From contig CM059446.1 in NCBI GenBank assembly GCA_030390025.1, positions 54,560,001 to 54,624,000 on the forward strand: DNA of 64,000 nucleotides, written 5' to 3'. A program made the position numbers and the translations under genes. Each line of letters begins with the position of its first letter. Position 1 is the first letter of the stretch. The notes beneath the pieces were generated by a model. The model did no database searches. It was not told the origin of the DNA and was given only the letters and a program-made list of their open reading frames with translations. Shown here piece after piece: positions 13,000 to 25,330 of this stretch. The stretch is from Squalus acanthias. Taxonomy: Eukaryota.

Positions 13000-13073
13000 A
13001 AGGACTACCAGAGGATGAAGTTGACGGTGTCTCGGAACATCCCGAAGACCTTGCTGACTTGGTCTCCGAGCTG
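13000..13073 (+). CDS. AKAP13: Internal coding exon of AKAP13 (A-kinase anchor protein 13), encoding (E)GLPEDEVDGVSEHPEDLADLVSEL
   Basis: Polypyrimidine tract plus ttacag acceptor (NAGNAG cag/aag) and CTG|gtaagt donor. Open frame with phase 1 start and phase 0 end. EDEVD matches the human AKAP13 segment (…AEDEVDF…) that, from memory, precedes the exon onto which the Brx first exon splices. Confidence 0.68.
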
Positions 13074-15189
13074 GTAAGTGGTTGTCGCATGGTCGCTCTT
13101 CTGTAACTCGTGGCGTGCACAGGGATGGCTGTTCCCCCGTTGTGTGTGGATTGGTCGCTGCGCTTGACGTGTGCCTTCACTTCGACTGACACCTGAAATG
13201 ACTCCATTCCTGGGTGACGACCGAAGCCTGCTGCACTCGCACTGAAATAAATTGCACACCTTGGATCCAGCCGTGCTGGCTGGCTGTACAAAGCAAAGTC
13301 CTGTTGGACAGTGTTGGATGACTCCTGGATAGCTGAAGACACGTTGAAGGTGACTTCACTGCTCCAGGCTTCTACACACATTAATCCCAAATACATTCGA
13401 CAATACCAATTGCAGCGTTGAAACTGACGTGCTGTACAATGAGGCTTTTCTGGTGCTGTTCTTTACCAAAACTGCTGTTTAACCCATTACATAAATAGGA
13501 CAGTGATCCTACACATATTTACTTGGAAGCAAAGCTGCTTTACCGTGGCATCAATACAAAGAGTGTGGCATAACTTGGGTGTGAAATCTATACCCAGAGA
13601 GTGTTTAGAATGTGGAACTTGCTACCACAAGGAGTAGTTGAAGCGAATCACATGGATGCATTTAAGGGGAAGCTACATAAGCACATGAGGGAGAAAGGGA
13701 TAGCGGTTATGCTGATGTGATTAGATGAACTAAGGTGGGAGGAGGCTTGTGCGGAGCATAAACACTGGCAGGGACCAGTTGGGCCAAATGGCCTGTTTCT
13801 AATTTGGAGATACTGTGTCGTCATCTCAAGTTGTATTTGGACAACAACTTAGTTATATTGCCTCTTTAACACCGCCAAATGTCCCAAGGTGCTTCACAAA
13901 GATGGGGCGTGATGAAAAGGTCTTTGAGCTAAGATTAGAGGAGGCGTTGAGGGAGTTGACCAACGGTGTGATTGAAGAAGAGGGTTTTTAAGGATGCATT
14001 GAGATGAAGCAAGTGTTCAGGAAGATAATTTCAGACCAGAGGGTGATGGCTGCAGTCGGTCACTGACGGTGGAGAGAATAGGGTCGGGGACATGTCGTCA
14101 GTCAGCATCAGAGGCCCTGAGGGTGCAAGTTGGGTTGTTGGAGGAGTTGATGTAGTCTCACACCACTACTACATGGCACGGGCTATCCTGTATCTGTAAC
14201 CACCAACCAGCCAAGTTTAGAAAGCTCCCAGTCTGTTAATTCAACGTCAGTTTTTGACATTAAAACCCAACTGCCCCGTCATATTAACACTGAACCAACA
14301 GTTAAATATGCAGTGCTCCATTTTCATTGGCTAGACAGCCATGTGGAAACAAGAATTTGATGCCAATTTTCCTGGTCCCAAGTCATTTTAGGCACTTTTC
14401 GATTGCCTATTTTATTTTTTCAGAATCCTCCATTCCCAGCCTGGTGGCGTGCCAATCTTTGTCGGCCAAGACTGAAGCCCCCCCCCCCCCCCCCCATTTA
14501 CTTTGCTGCAATGATACCGTAATAACTTAATCTGACATGTTTAACTCCGTGTCAAGCCTCCATTTTATACAGGCAGCGACACTGTTTGTGCTGAGAGAGA
14601 AAGCAGATGATCAGCTGACGGGGAAGAGTGAGGAAAAGGAACAGACCAAGAAAAATGAAAATCGAGCCCCGACCGAGCGTGAGGGGGGAGGTGGCGGAAA
14701 GAAATCTTGCCAGTTGTATCGTAGAAAAAAAGTGAAAGTAGCGAAGTGGAGAAAGTCGAAGCTGCTCAGCTAAGTCCTAGTTAGGGGAGCTGCAGTCCGT
14801 CTGGGTTGATGGTGATCCAGGGAGTGGTGAAAATCAATCTGTGCCTGAGCTGTGGGAGGCTCCTGCCAGGAGAGTGTAACCTGTCCCAGCAGAGAAGTTA
14901 TATAAAGAAACCATCTCCACCCCAGCCGCTCGTGTAACACCAACTCTTTTATTTTTTAAAAATCAAAGGAGAAAATGATGGAAACGGCAGCTCCTGGAAG
15001 AGAAGAGAGGCTAATGTTTTGACTTGGCACGTGATGTTTTACGCTATTTAATAAGTAGATGATTTAGTGGCGATCCTACCTATGTTCGAGTATGCAGTGT
15101 GTACTGGTATGCACTCTTAAGCATGTTGACTCAATGCACTCGTTTATGAGGAACGGCCACCTTGGAAAAGGCGCCAGGAGACTGCCAGC

Positions 15190-15680
15190 ACCTGGAGGGA
15201 GTGCAGCGAAGATTCACCAGACTGATACCTGGGATGGCAGGAATGACGTATGAAGAGAGATTGGGTTGATTAGGCTTATATTCGCTAGAGTTTAGAAGAA
15301 TGAGAGGGGATCTCATTGAAACTTATAAAATTCTAACAGGACTAGACAGACTAGATGCAGGAAGGATGTTCCCGATGGCGGGGGAGTCCAGAACCAGGGG
15401 TCACAGTCTAAGGATAAAGGGGTAAGCCATTTAGGACTGAGATGAGGAGGAATTTCTTCACCCAGAGAGTGGTGAACCTGTGGAATTCTCTACCACAGAA
15501 GGCAGTTGAGGCCAATTCATTAAATATATTTATTTCTTAAGGCTAACGGGATCAAGGGATATGGGGAGAAAGCAGGGACAGGGTACTGAATTTGGATGAT
15601 CAGCCACGATCTCATTAAATGGTGGAACAGGCTCGAGGGGCCGAATGGCCTACTCCTGCTCCTATCTTCTATGCTTCTAT
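15190..15680 (+). mobile_element. CR1 LINE 3' fragment
   Basis: Near-identical to 41042-41440; RRNFFTQRVVNLWNSLP region and tail. Confidence 0.9.
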
Positions 15681-16589
15681 GCAGCCGTCCGCTGGATTGA
15701 GTCAGCTGAGGAAATCGAAGGGGTGGAGAAAGATCCTATTTGGTTTTTTTTTTAAGGGTACCTTGACCTTGTTCTCTTTCTCCCTGCCCAGCCTTGCTGG
15801 GCCACACACCTTGTGTTGCTTAGACAGGATGAGCTACTCGCAGACCGCGGCCTATATTGGTCTAGAGCCAATTAGTAGGATGCACGGTTGGGAGGGAGGG
15901 CCACAGCCTGCCAATAGCGTGGTAAAAGCCACCTTTAAATCAGTTTCTTTTTCCTACTGCAGGAACACAAAGCACGAAGTACGTGTGTTAAGGAACGGCA
16001 TTTACAGCTGTGGACACAATCCCGCGACGGTTTTGGGAGTGGCGTTCATCAAACCCCAAACTCTCACGAGATTCCCCCTTCCCCTCCCCCATGCACATCT
16101 GTAACGCATCCCCAACCACCTGTTGTTTTTGTGCTGTTACATAAAACAATTCATGGAAAAAAAACATAAGGATCTTTAGCAACAAGAAAAGCCTCTGAAG
16201 CCCATTGGGACCATCGCTCTTTCATTGACTAACCCCACATACCCTCAGTTGCTTTTCATTCCAGAAACTCATCTCATTGCCACTTGAACCAATTTATACT
16301 GTCTGCTTTTGTGACTTTCCATAATACCACGTTCCACAAATCTGACAGCTCTTGGATTTAAAGGTTGTGTCTGACTTTTCTATTCACTTCTAAATTCCTC
16401 ATTTTTAACTGTGCCTGGGCAGGTTGGTGAGTGCGCAGGTACAGGAGCAATCATTCACCATGAGTGATGGTAGTGTGTTGTCTATTGCACGGATATAGAT
16501 AGACTAAGTGAGTGGGCAGTAAGGTGGCAGATGGAGTATAATCTGTACTTGAATGACACATGTTGATATTTTGCTAAGGAAAAGAGTGG

Positions 16590-16730
16590 GGCTGCTGGAA
16601 TTCTGAACTAACGGCAGAAAATGTTATCAAAGCACAGCAAGTTGATCAGCATCTGAAAGAGAAAAGGCATGTTATCGTTTTGGGTGTGATCCTCCATCAG
16701 CACTGGTCACGTTTCTGATGAACATGAACT
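16590..16730 (-). mobile_element. Degenerate family B Penelope-like fragment (others near 7615-7695, 30010-30135, 60006-60190)
   Basis: Recognisable aaatgctgga…cagca…cagcatctg arm motifs shared with 6518 and 35150. Confidence 0.5.
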
Positions 16731-16739
16731 TATCCGGTT

Positions 16740-18060
16740 ACATGAAATCTACAGCACCGAAACAGGCCATTGGGCCCAACTGGTCTGAGCCAGCATTAAT
16801 GCTCCACATGAGGCTCTGATTACCTCGTCCCACCCTGTCCATCCCTTCTACCCCATGTCTGCATCAAGCCTCCCCTTCAATAAGCAATGCTATCTGCCTC
16901 AACCACTCCATGTAGCATTGAGTTTCACGTTCTTACCACTCTGGTAAAGAATGTCCTCCTAAATTGATTGGTGAGTGGCTATCTTACATTTATACCCCCT
17001 TGTTCTGGACTCTCAAACATGCGGAAACAGTTTCTCCACATCCACCCGATCAAACCCTTTCATAATTTTAATGACCTTCTCTTAGTCTTCTCTTTTCCAG
17101 AGAAAAGAGCCCCCACCTGCTCAAGTGTCGGCTGTGGCTCAGTGGGTAGCACTCTCGCCTCTGAGTCAGAAGGTTGTGGGTTCGAGTCTCACTCCAGAGA
17201 CTTGAGCGCAAAAATCTCGGCTGACACTCCAGTGCAGTGCTGAGGGAGTGTTGCACTGTTGGAGGTGCCGTCTTTCAGAGGAGATGTTAAACCGAGGCCC
17301 CGTCTGCTCTCTCAGGTGGACGTAAAAAACCCATGACACTATTTTGAAGGAGAGCAAGGTGGGTTCTCCCTGGTGCCCTGACCAATATAAATCCCTCAAT
17401 CAACATCACTTGGAAAAAAAAATAGATTATCACATTGCTTTTTGTGGGAGCTTGCTGTGCGCAAATTGGCTGCCATGTTTCCGACATTACAACAGTGACT
17501 ACACTTCAAAAAGCACTTCGTTGGCTGTAAAGCGCTTTGGGACGTCCTGAGGTTGTGAAAGGCGCTGTAGAAATGCAAGTTGTCGTCGTCTTCAATCTTT
17601 CCTGATAGTTGCATCCTCTCCATTCTGCTAACATCCTTGTAAATCTTTTCTGCATGTTCTCCAGTACTTCAATATCCTTTATGTTGTATGGAGATTGGAA
17701 GAGCGCGCAATACTCCCAAGTGTGGTCGAACCAAGGTTCTAGATAAACTTAACATTATCTCCCTGCTTTTATATTCTATTCCTCTAGAAATGAACCCCAG
17801 CATTTTGCTCTCTTTATGGCCTTATTAACTTGTGATTTTCAATGATTCATGTATCTGTATTCCCAGATCTTTTTGTTCCTCTACCCCATTCAGATGCTTA
17901 TTTTCCCAGGAGTAGGTGGCCTCCTTATTCCTCCTGCCAAAATGAACCATCTCACACTTGGCTGCATTGAAATGAATTTGCCGTTTATACCGTCCACTTT
18001 GCAAGCCTGTTCATGTCATCCTGTATTTTACCAGATGGTAACTGACCTGTTTATTTTCTG
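16740..18060 (-). mobile_element. Old CR1 fragment split by a SINE
   Basis: Degenerate similarity to 52690-54380 on both sides of the 17125-17590 SINE. Confidence 0.72.
17125..17590 (+). mobile_element. SacSINE1-like SINE, full length
   Basis: A and B boxes (ggttcgagtc), Deu domain, tail. Confidence 0.88.
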
Positions 18061-19409
18061 GTACCATTTTATCTTGAATTTCCCTTGTCCCTGCGTCACC
18101 ACCACCCTCCCGCCCCCCCCCCCCCCCCCCCCCCCCCACCCCCAACCAGAGCCTGGTGTTCGTGCAGCCTTAGGATGAATACGTTGCTCTAGAAATATGA
18201 ATTCAGGACCTTTTTTTCCTGGGAGGCGGGGGAAAGTTTTACAATTTTCTCCCGTTCGCTCTTGAAGGCACTGACTTATAGTGGGCACCAGGTGCCCTCC
18301 AGTAACTCCTTAACGTGTTCCTTCTTCATGTGAAAATAGACAATGTTGCAGGCTATTCAACTGTAGGGGGAGCATCACATTACAACCTGATTGTGTTCTC
18401 AGCCAAACGTGCATGGTTTCCAGTAGAGGGGGGTGTGTGGCGGGGTGGTGGTGGAGGGGGTCTAATTGATTTTCCCCTCTCTCTAACCTGGTGTACGGAG
18501 CCCAATTGTATCACCCACCCCTGCCATCACTCCAGCCAAGATCGGCAAATTCAGTACAAACTGGGGATTCAACCTGGGACGTTTCTGGTTAGTTTGGTGC
18601 AGTTTAGGCATCGCCTTTAATCCATTTAGACATTTCATGCAGTAGCTCCAATGTTATGCTTTATTTTGCTGTTCTGGTTTATTTTGAGTTCCTCCCCCCT
18701 CCCAATCCTTTGATCAAAAGAGACTGGTATCCAAATTAACTTTCCAGCTCAGTGGGTATCAATGCAGTTCTCTTCAATACTTTTTTGCAGCAGGATGGGA
18801 TTCATGGAACCAATGAATGATGGACTGGGCATGCCGCATAATGATTATGTCCATCTTCGTTTCCTTGAGTAATCCTTTTCCCCATCTGTATTCCCAGTCA
18901 TTAATAAGGTGGAGTCGTTTCAAATGACTGGTTTACTGTAAGTTGCTCTTAATACTCAGAAGTCCATATGGACTTGACTCACAGCCTATTCATGCAGAGA
19001 GTCTGAAAATGAAATACTTAACTCTTTTTTCCCTTCTCTATTTCCTTCGCTGCCTTTCACAATATGGATATTCTCTGTGCTATGACATTTTGCAAAAATG
19101 AAGAGGCGTTCTTCCTCGGGTTATGTGATGGAATCAAGATTGGAAGAGGAGGCTGGGAGGGAGATTGCTGAGTGAGAGTAGATAGAAAGGGAGCCAGTGG
19201 GGACTGCTTATGAGGAGAACGCACAACACTGGGGACATGAAGGGAAACCTTGAGGGAAAAACTCCAGGGAATCAAGTACTGTTGATAATATCTCGCCCTT
19301 TGCCTGAATCTATTCTGATAGATCCTAATACAACAGAGGCCATTTGGGGAGGTGGGTTTGGGGGGGTGGGGGGTGGGGGAGAGAGAGAGACACACAGTCT
19401 ACTTCAGAT

Positions 19410-19682
19410 CTGCCCCCCACCCACACCCGAGATATCTGCGCTCCTCTAATTCTGCCCTCTTGAGCATCCCTGATTATAATTGCCCCACCATTGGTGGCCA
19501 TGCCTTCTGTTGCCTAGGCCCTAAGCTCTGGAATTCCCTGCATAAACCTTTCTACCTCTCTTTCCTCCTTTTAAGACTTCTCCTTTATGGCTCGGTTTCA
19601 AATTTTTTGTCTTTTAATACTATGTGGTGTCTTGGGATGTTTTACTACGTTAAAGGTGCTATATAAATGCAAGTTGTTGTTA
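19410..19682 (+). mobile_element. L2 LINE 3' fragment
   Basis: Colinear with 47350-47680. Confidence 0.8.
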
Positions 19683-19744
19683 TTTCTGGTGAAAATTCTT
19701 TACAAACTTAATAACGAGTATATCCGTGCCACGGGAAAAGTGAT

Positions 19745-21670
19745 CCAACGTGGCTAACTAAAGAAGTTAAGGATAGCATTAGATTGAAAGAAGAAGCTTA
19801 TAATGTTGCAAAGAATAATAGTAAGCCTGAGGATTGGGAGAGTTTCAGAAACCAGCAAAGGTTGACCAAAAAATTGATAAAAAGGGAAAAAATAGAATAT
19901 CAGAGAAAACTAGCAAGAAATATAAAAGCAGATTGTAAAAGCTTCTAGAAGTATGTAAAAAGGAAGAGAGTAGCAAAAGTAAACATTGGTCCCTTAGAGG
20001 CTGAGACAGGAGAAATTATTGTGGGGAATAAGGAAATGGCAGAAACATTAAAATATTTTGTATCTGTCTTCACAGTAGAAGACACAAAAAGCGTACCAAA
20101 AATGGTGGGGAACCAAGGGTCTAATGAGGGTGAGGAACTTAACGTAATGAACATAAGTAGAGAAAAAGTACTAGAGAAACTAATGGGACTACAAGCCGAC
20201 AAATCCCCTGGACCTGACGGCCTACATCCTAGGGTTCTGAAAGAGGTGGCTGAAGAGATAGTGATTGCATTGGTTTTGATCTTCCAAAATTTCCTAGATT
20301 CTAGAACGGTCCCAGTGGATTGGAAGGTCGCAAATGTAACACCGCTATTCAAGAAAGGAGGGAGAGAAAAAACAGGGAACTACAGGCCAGTTAGCCTGAC
20401 ATTAGTTATCGGGAAAATGCTGGAATCCATTGTTAAGGAAGTGGTATCAGGGCACTTAGAAAATCATAACATGATTAAGCAGAGTCAACGTGGTTTTATG
20501 AAAGGGAAATCGTGTTTGACAAATTTCTTGAGTTTTTTGAGGATGTACCTAGCAGGGTAGATAAAGGGGAACTAGTGGATGTAGTATATTTGGATTTCCA
20601 AAAGGCATTCAATAAGGTGCCACATAAAAGGTTATTACACAAGATTAGGACTCATGGGGTTGGGGGTAATATAGTAGCATGGATAGAGGATTGGTTAACG
20701 GAAAGAAAACAGAGTAGGGATAAACTGATCTTTTTCAGGTTGGCAGGCTGTAACTAGTGGGGTGCCGCAAGGATCAATGTTGGGGCCTCAGCTATTTGCA
20801 ATCTATATTAATGACCTAGATGAAGGGACCGCGTGTAATGTATCCAAGTTTGCTGATGATACAAAGCTAGGTGGGACAGTAAGCTGTGAGGAGAACACAG
20901 AGTCTGCAAAGGGATATAAATAGACTAAGTGAGTGGGCAGTAAGGTGGCAGATGGAATATAATCCTCGTGCAAGAAACACAGAAAGCTCGCATGCAGGTA
21001 CAGCAAGCAATAAGGAAGGCAAATGGCATGTTGGCCTTTATTGCAAGGGGGTTGGAGTATAAGAGTGAGGAAGTCTTGTTGCAATTGTACAGGGCCTTGG
21101 TGAGACCACACCTGGAGTACTGTGCACAGTTTTGGTCTCCTTACCTAAAGAAGGATATACCTGCCTTGGAGGCGGTGCAACAAAGGTTCACTAGATTGAT
21201 TCCTGGGATGAGAGGGCTGTCCGATGATGAGAGATTGTGTAGAATGGGCCTATACTATCTGGAGTTTAGAAGAATGAGAGGTGATCTCATTGAAACATAC
21301 AAGATTCTGAAGGGGATTGACAGGGTAGATGCTGAGAGGTTGTTTCCCCTGGCTGGAGTGTCTAGAACTAGGGGGCATAGTCTCAGGATAAGGGGTTGGC
21401 CATTTAAGACTGAGATGAGGAGGAATTTCTTCACTCAGAGGGTTGTGAATCTTTGGAATTCTCTGCCCCAGAGGGCTGTGAATGCTGAGACTTTGAGTAT
21501 ATTCAAGGCTGAGATAGATAGACTTTTGGACTCTAGGGGAATCGAGGGATATGGAAATCGGGCGGGAAAGTGGAGTTGAGGTCGATGATCAGCTATGATC
21601 TTATTGAATGGCGGAGCAGGCTCGAGGGGCTGTATGGCCTACTCCTGCTCTTATTTCTTATGTTCTTATG
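19745..21670 (+). mobile_element. CR1 LINE 3' portion (RT, C-terminus, 3' UTR)
   Basis: KSPGPDGLHPRVLKE, YLDFQKAF, LVRPHLEYCAQFWSP, RVVNLWNSLP; internal deletion near 20960. Confidence 0.95.
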
Positions 21671-22227
21671 GCACAGCAGTAGGTGGAGAGAAAAAAAATG
21701 GGCAATTAGTGCCCAGTTTGCATTTTCTGAGATTTCCGGGCAGTCCATGCAATAAACAAAAGTTGTCTGGCCCAAAACCAGACAAGTGGTGACCTTGAAT
21801 GTGCGAACCTTGCCTTGTCTGCCAGGTTTCAACATTTTCATTACTCGTCAGTCTTTCAAACGCTGTGTCCAGTAAATAATTGATTTGAATTGTCGTGAAA
21901 CCTGGACTTATCTCTGTAAAAAATAAGAAAACATTTGCACAGAGCGCAAGGACTCCAGATCTCTTATCGGCAAATGTTACATTTAGGCTGCATTTTCAGT
22001 GCAACTGTAGTTGTATTGTTGCTGTGTAAATCCAGCATTCGTGCCCAACCTGATTCTGAAATAACTCTCCCATGGACAGCAGAATACTTGACTGGAAACT
22101 AAACCCAGTAGGTGCAGTGTTTATGGACACTGTGTCCCATAAACTATTTAATCATCCATATCAAAGTTTATCCTTATTTTAGCGTATGTTGTTAGGATCA
22201 ATCAGTAACAAACATGAAAAGATTTTG

Positions 22228-22932
22228 TCAGAACATCGGAATTGCTAGACAAAAAAAGGCCAAGGTCCATCTGGTTCGCCATCTACTATCCTGGTCGTCA
22301 CATGATACAACGATAATGGAGTTGTTGACTAATCATAGCAATCAATCTCTATCAATTAGTCGACAACAGACCCAGTCCTGACGCGAGGAAAAACCCAGTG
22401 ATGGAGAGCTTTTGGAGCCATAGGTCCAAAGTCACCTGTTCCTCCCAAGCATGTTGCACTTGCACATGTTATGTCTCAAATTACTCGTGCTGTATCCCAA
22501 AATGTTATTTTCTAAAATAAGGATAAACCCTAGATATGGATGAAATCTTATCTAATTTTCATTGAAATGAATCAACAGCTTCCACTCTCTCCCTAGGGAG
22601 CCTGTTCCATAGATTGACCACTCGCTCACTAGAATGTTGTTTCCGCAGATTAGTTTTGAATTTACCCCCCCCTTCAAGCTCAGGCCGTGTCCTCTGGTTC
22701 TACCGTTCTGTACAAGGTATAATAGCTAGCCATGGTCTGCATTATCTGGTCCCTTTAGAATCCTAAAACAATCCTGTCACCTCTCAACCGTCTCTTCTCC
22801 AGTGCGAACATGCCCACTTTACATAATCGCTGCTCATAATCCAATCCCACCATCGCCTCAATCATTCTGATCGCTCTCTTCTGCATCCTTTCAATAGCTG
22901 CAATATCCGTTTTGTACTGTGGCGACCAGAGC
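22228..22932 (-). mobile_element. Divergent CR1-type 3' fragment with long 3' UTR
   Basis: Minus strand encodes WSPQYKTDIAAIERMQKRAIRMI…RTRGH.LSL; tail gatggaccttggcc. Confidence 0.72.
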
Positions 22933-23210
22933 TTAAAAATTTGGTATTTAATGTGCAGCTATTTTCAACTAACTGCATACAGCTGTCACTCATACAAACA
23001 CTTCTCAGTCAGAGGGAACCGTCGAGCAGTTTCACATACTTGACTGTGGTTACAGCGTTGCACCAATCGCAGTACATCTGCCTCCTCAAATGAAGACAGA
23101 CCTTTCATTAAGAGAACTTTGTCAACAACAAGTATAAAATTTGTATGCGTTTTGAAGTTCAGCAGTTGCAGTATCCCATTTTGTGTATTGTGCCTGTCAA
23201 GTAGAGCAAG

Positions 23211-23933
23211 AATGAGAAGTCGCACAACACCAGGTTATAGTCCAACAGTTTTATTTAAAATTACGAGCTTTCGGAGCGCTGCTCCTTCTTCAGGTACAAG
23301 TACAGTGAGGGAATACAAATCAGCAGTATATATACACAGAGAGCAATTTGTCTGCAGAGATACAATCTGTTAGGAAGGCATTACATCAGAGTACAGCTAA
23401 GACAATGAGGTGGGTCACAGGGGGTCCAACGTGTCAAATGTTGCTGTCTGCAGTTGAGCTTTTAACTTTTTTTTGGTTGTTTTTTTTTTGTGTTTTTTTT
23501 AAAACTGGAAAGACAGACAACGATGTCGAGTCACATTCTGTAGCGTGACATGTCACGCTACAGAACGTGACTCGACATCGTTGTCTGTCTTTCCAGTTTA
23601 AAAAAAACACAAAAAAAAACAACCAAAAAAAAAGTTAAAAGCTCAACTGCAGACGGCAACATTTGACACGTTGGACCCCCTGTGACCCACCTCATTGTCT
23701 TAGCTGTACTCTGATGTGTCTTTGATGTAATGCCTCCCTAACAGATTGTATCTCTGCAGACAAATTGCTCTCTGTGTATATATACTGCCGATTTGTATTC
23801 CCTCACTGTACTTGTACCTGACGAAGGAGCAGCGCTCCGAAAGCTCGTAATTTTAAATAAAACTGTTGGACTATAACCTGGTGTTGTGCGACTTCTCATT
23901 TTTGTCCACCCCAGTCCAACACCGGCATCTCCG
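23211..23933. mobile_element. Fold-back (palindromic) non-autonomous Penelope-like element, family A copy 1
   Basis: Arms 23211-23550 and 23551-23900 are near-perfect inverted repeats with no loop (gtgaca|tgtcac). One-sided tail 23901-23933. TSD caagtagagcaag at 23198-23210 and 23934-23946. Hammerhead core and AATAAA in each arm. Confidence 0.85.
23814..23850 (+). ncRNA. Minimal type I hammerhead ribozyme motif (mirror copy on - strand at about 23261-23297)
   Basis: tac-CTGACGA-a-GGAGC agc GCTCC-GAAA-GCTC-gta: conserved CUGANGA and GAAA core, 5-bp stem II, palindromic AGCT in place of stem III, short stem I. Confidence 0.72.
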
Positions 23934-24039
23934 CAAGTAGAGCAAGGAAAGAGGTGCCTGGACTTGTGTGCTTTGTTTAATTAAAGGAGTGCCTTGACAA
24001 TTTTAAGAGTTTTCTACCTCAACAGTTGACTAAATACCT

Positions 24040-25330
24040 TGGTGCGCTGGCGACGCGACTGAGCTTATTGCACAAAGTTTTGGAACTCCCTTGAGTTAAC
24101 TGGCAGTCCAGTTGGCTATAATCACACTTGGAACAGTGCGATGTGTCGAATGAGTTTTCATCCCTCTTTTATCGGACGATCTATCTATTTCAAAGAAATC
24201 ACTGGCCTTTTTGGTATTTGGACAATAAGCAATTCCTTTCTCTGTTTCGCTTGAAACTTCTTGCACAACATATCGTACCAAGTCTCCATCTCCTTGCTCA
24301 CCAGAGGCCAGGAAATCACTTCCTCATCGTCAACCCTTCTGGTCACGTGAGGTAGCTCAGCTTGTCGGCAAGGACCATTTCCTTGCTGCTCTTGGAGACC
24401 GCGTCAAATTTGTAATTTTGAAGATGCGGTATAATTCTCCGGAGCCTTTTGGATGCGCTAGTTAGACTCTTTCGAAATGGTTTCAAGCTGTTCAATCACA
24501 TTTCATGGTGATTTTCTTTCCATAGATGCGCTATTTGAATTTCTGCAAACCTAAAACGACTTAGCACAATTTATCTCTCGTTTTTGTGAGAGATCGCGAA
24601 GCGTAAGCCGCCTGCTGACCTTGCTGCATAAAATAGGCTATCGCCCTCTTTCACATTGTATAAATCTCATTGTAGAACTGCATCCCTACTGACGCCAAGG
24701 TATTTTCATCCTAGTGCTTCCGCGGTGATCTTCTAGATCTCATCCAGGCACCTCTCCTACTGTCGGTCCCATGTAGAGTCAGCGTTTTTCAGTAAGTCAT
24801 GAAGCGGACCAGTTACCTCTGAGAACTTGGTAGCAAACTGATGCAGATAGTTATCCCAGGCATTCTGTGGATACCTTTATTATAATAGGTGAGAGAAGGC
24901 ATCGTCAGCACTGCTTAAACTTCAGCGGGACCTGGTCTTAGTCCTTCAGAGAGATGATGATCCACCAATTTCACTTGTTTTATTCTCGATCAGCGTGTGA
25001 CACCTTTTTCGTTGGCAGCACTTCAACAGGACTTCCAGTTTCCAATTTTGTGATCCTGGCTCTCTTCAACAGATTAGAATGTCTTCTCTCACGCCAGCCA
25101 GTCCCTCCCTGACTCTCCAATACCTCATGAATTCTTCTGTGAAATTCTTCAGGAGCTGGGAACGTTCCAAAAGATATGCAGCATCATCTGTGCCTCCTAA
25201 CTGGTGATGAAAAGGTAGCTGGCATTGGGTAATTGGAGTAGCACTTCTGATCTCTCTTAGCTGCTTAATGAGATGTGATGAATCTCGTGATTGTCCCATA
25301 TTCTCCTGAAGCTTTTCCAGTGGTTTGCTT
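24040..25330 (-). mobile_element. Decayed Gypsy/Ty3 LTR-retrotransposon pol fragment (RT, RNase H, integrase)
   Basis: Minus-strand translations across frameshifts give APEEFHRRIHEVLE and EDILI (RT), AYASRSLT and LQNYKF…KEMVLADKLS (RNase H), DFFEIDR and SREFQNF (integrase), in Gypsy order. Confidence 0.75.

Noticed and set aside
12791-13396. 201-aa minus-strand ORF over the exon
   Set aside because: No recognisable domain or splice signals; antisense shadow of the + strand exon region
19098-19175. ATG ORF MKRRSSSGYVMESRLEEEAGREIAE as another first exon
   Set aside because: The only nearby donor (ga|gtgaga) is weak and phase 2, incompatible with the phase-0 downstream exon; no remembered homologue
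19745-21670. Intact autonomous LINE
   Set aside because: 5' truncated with stops, frameshifts and an internal deletion; no endonuclease domain or ORF1
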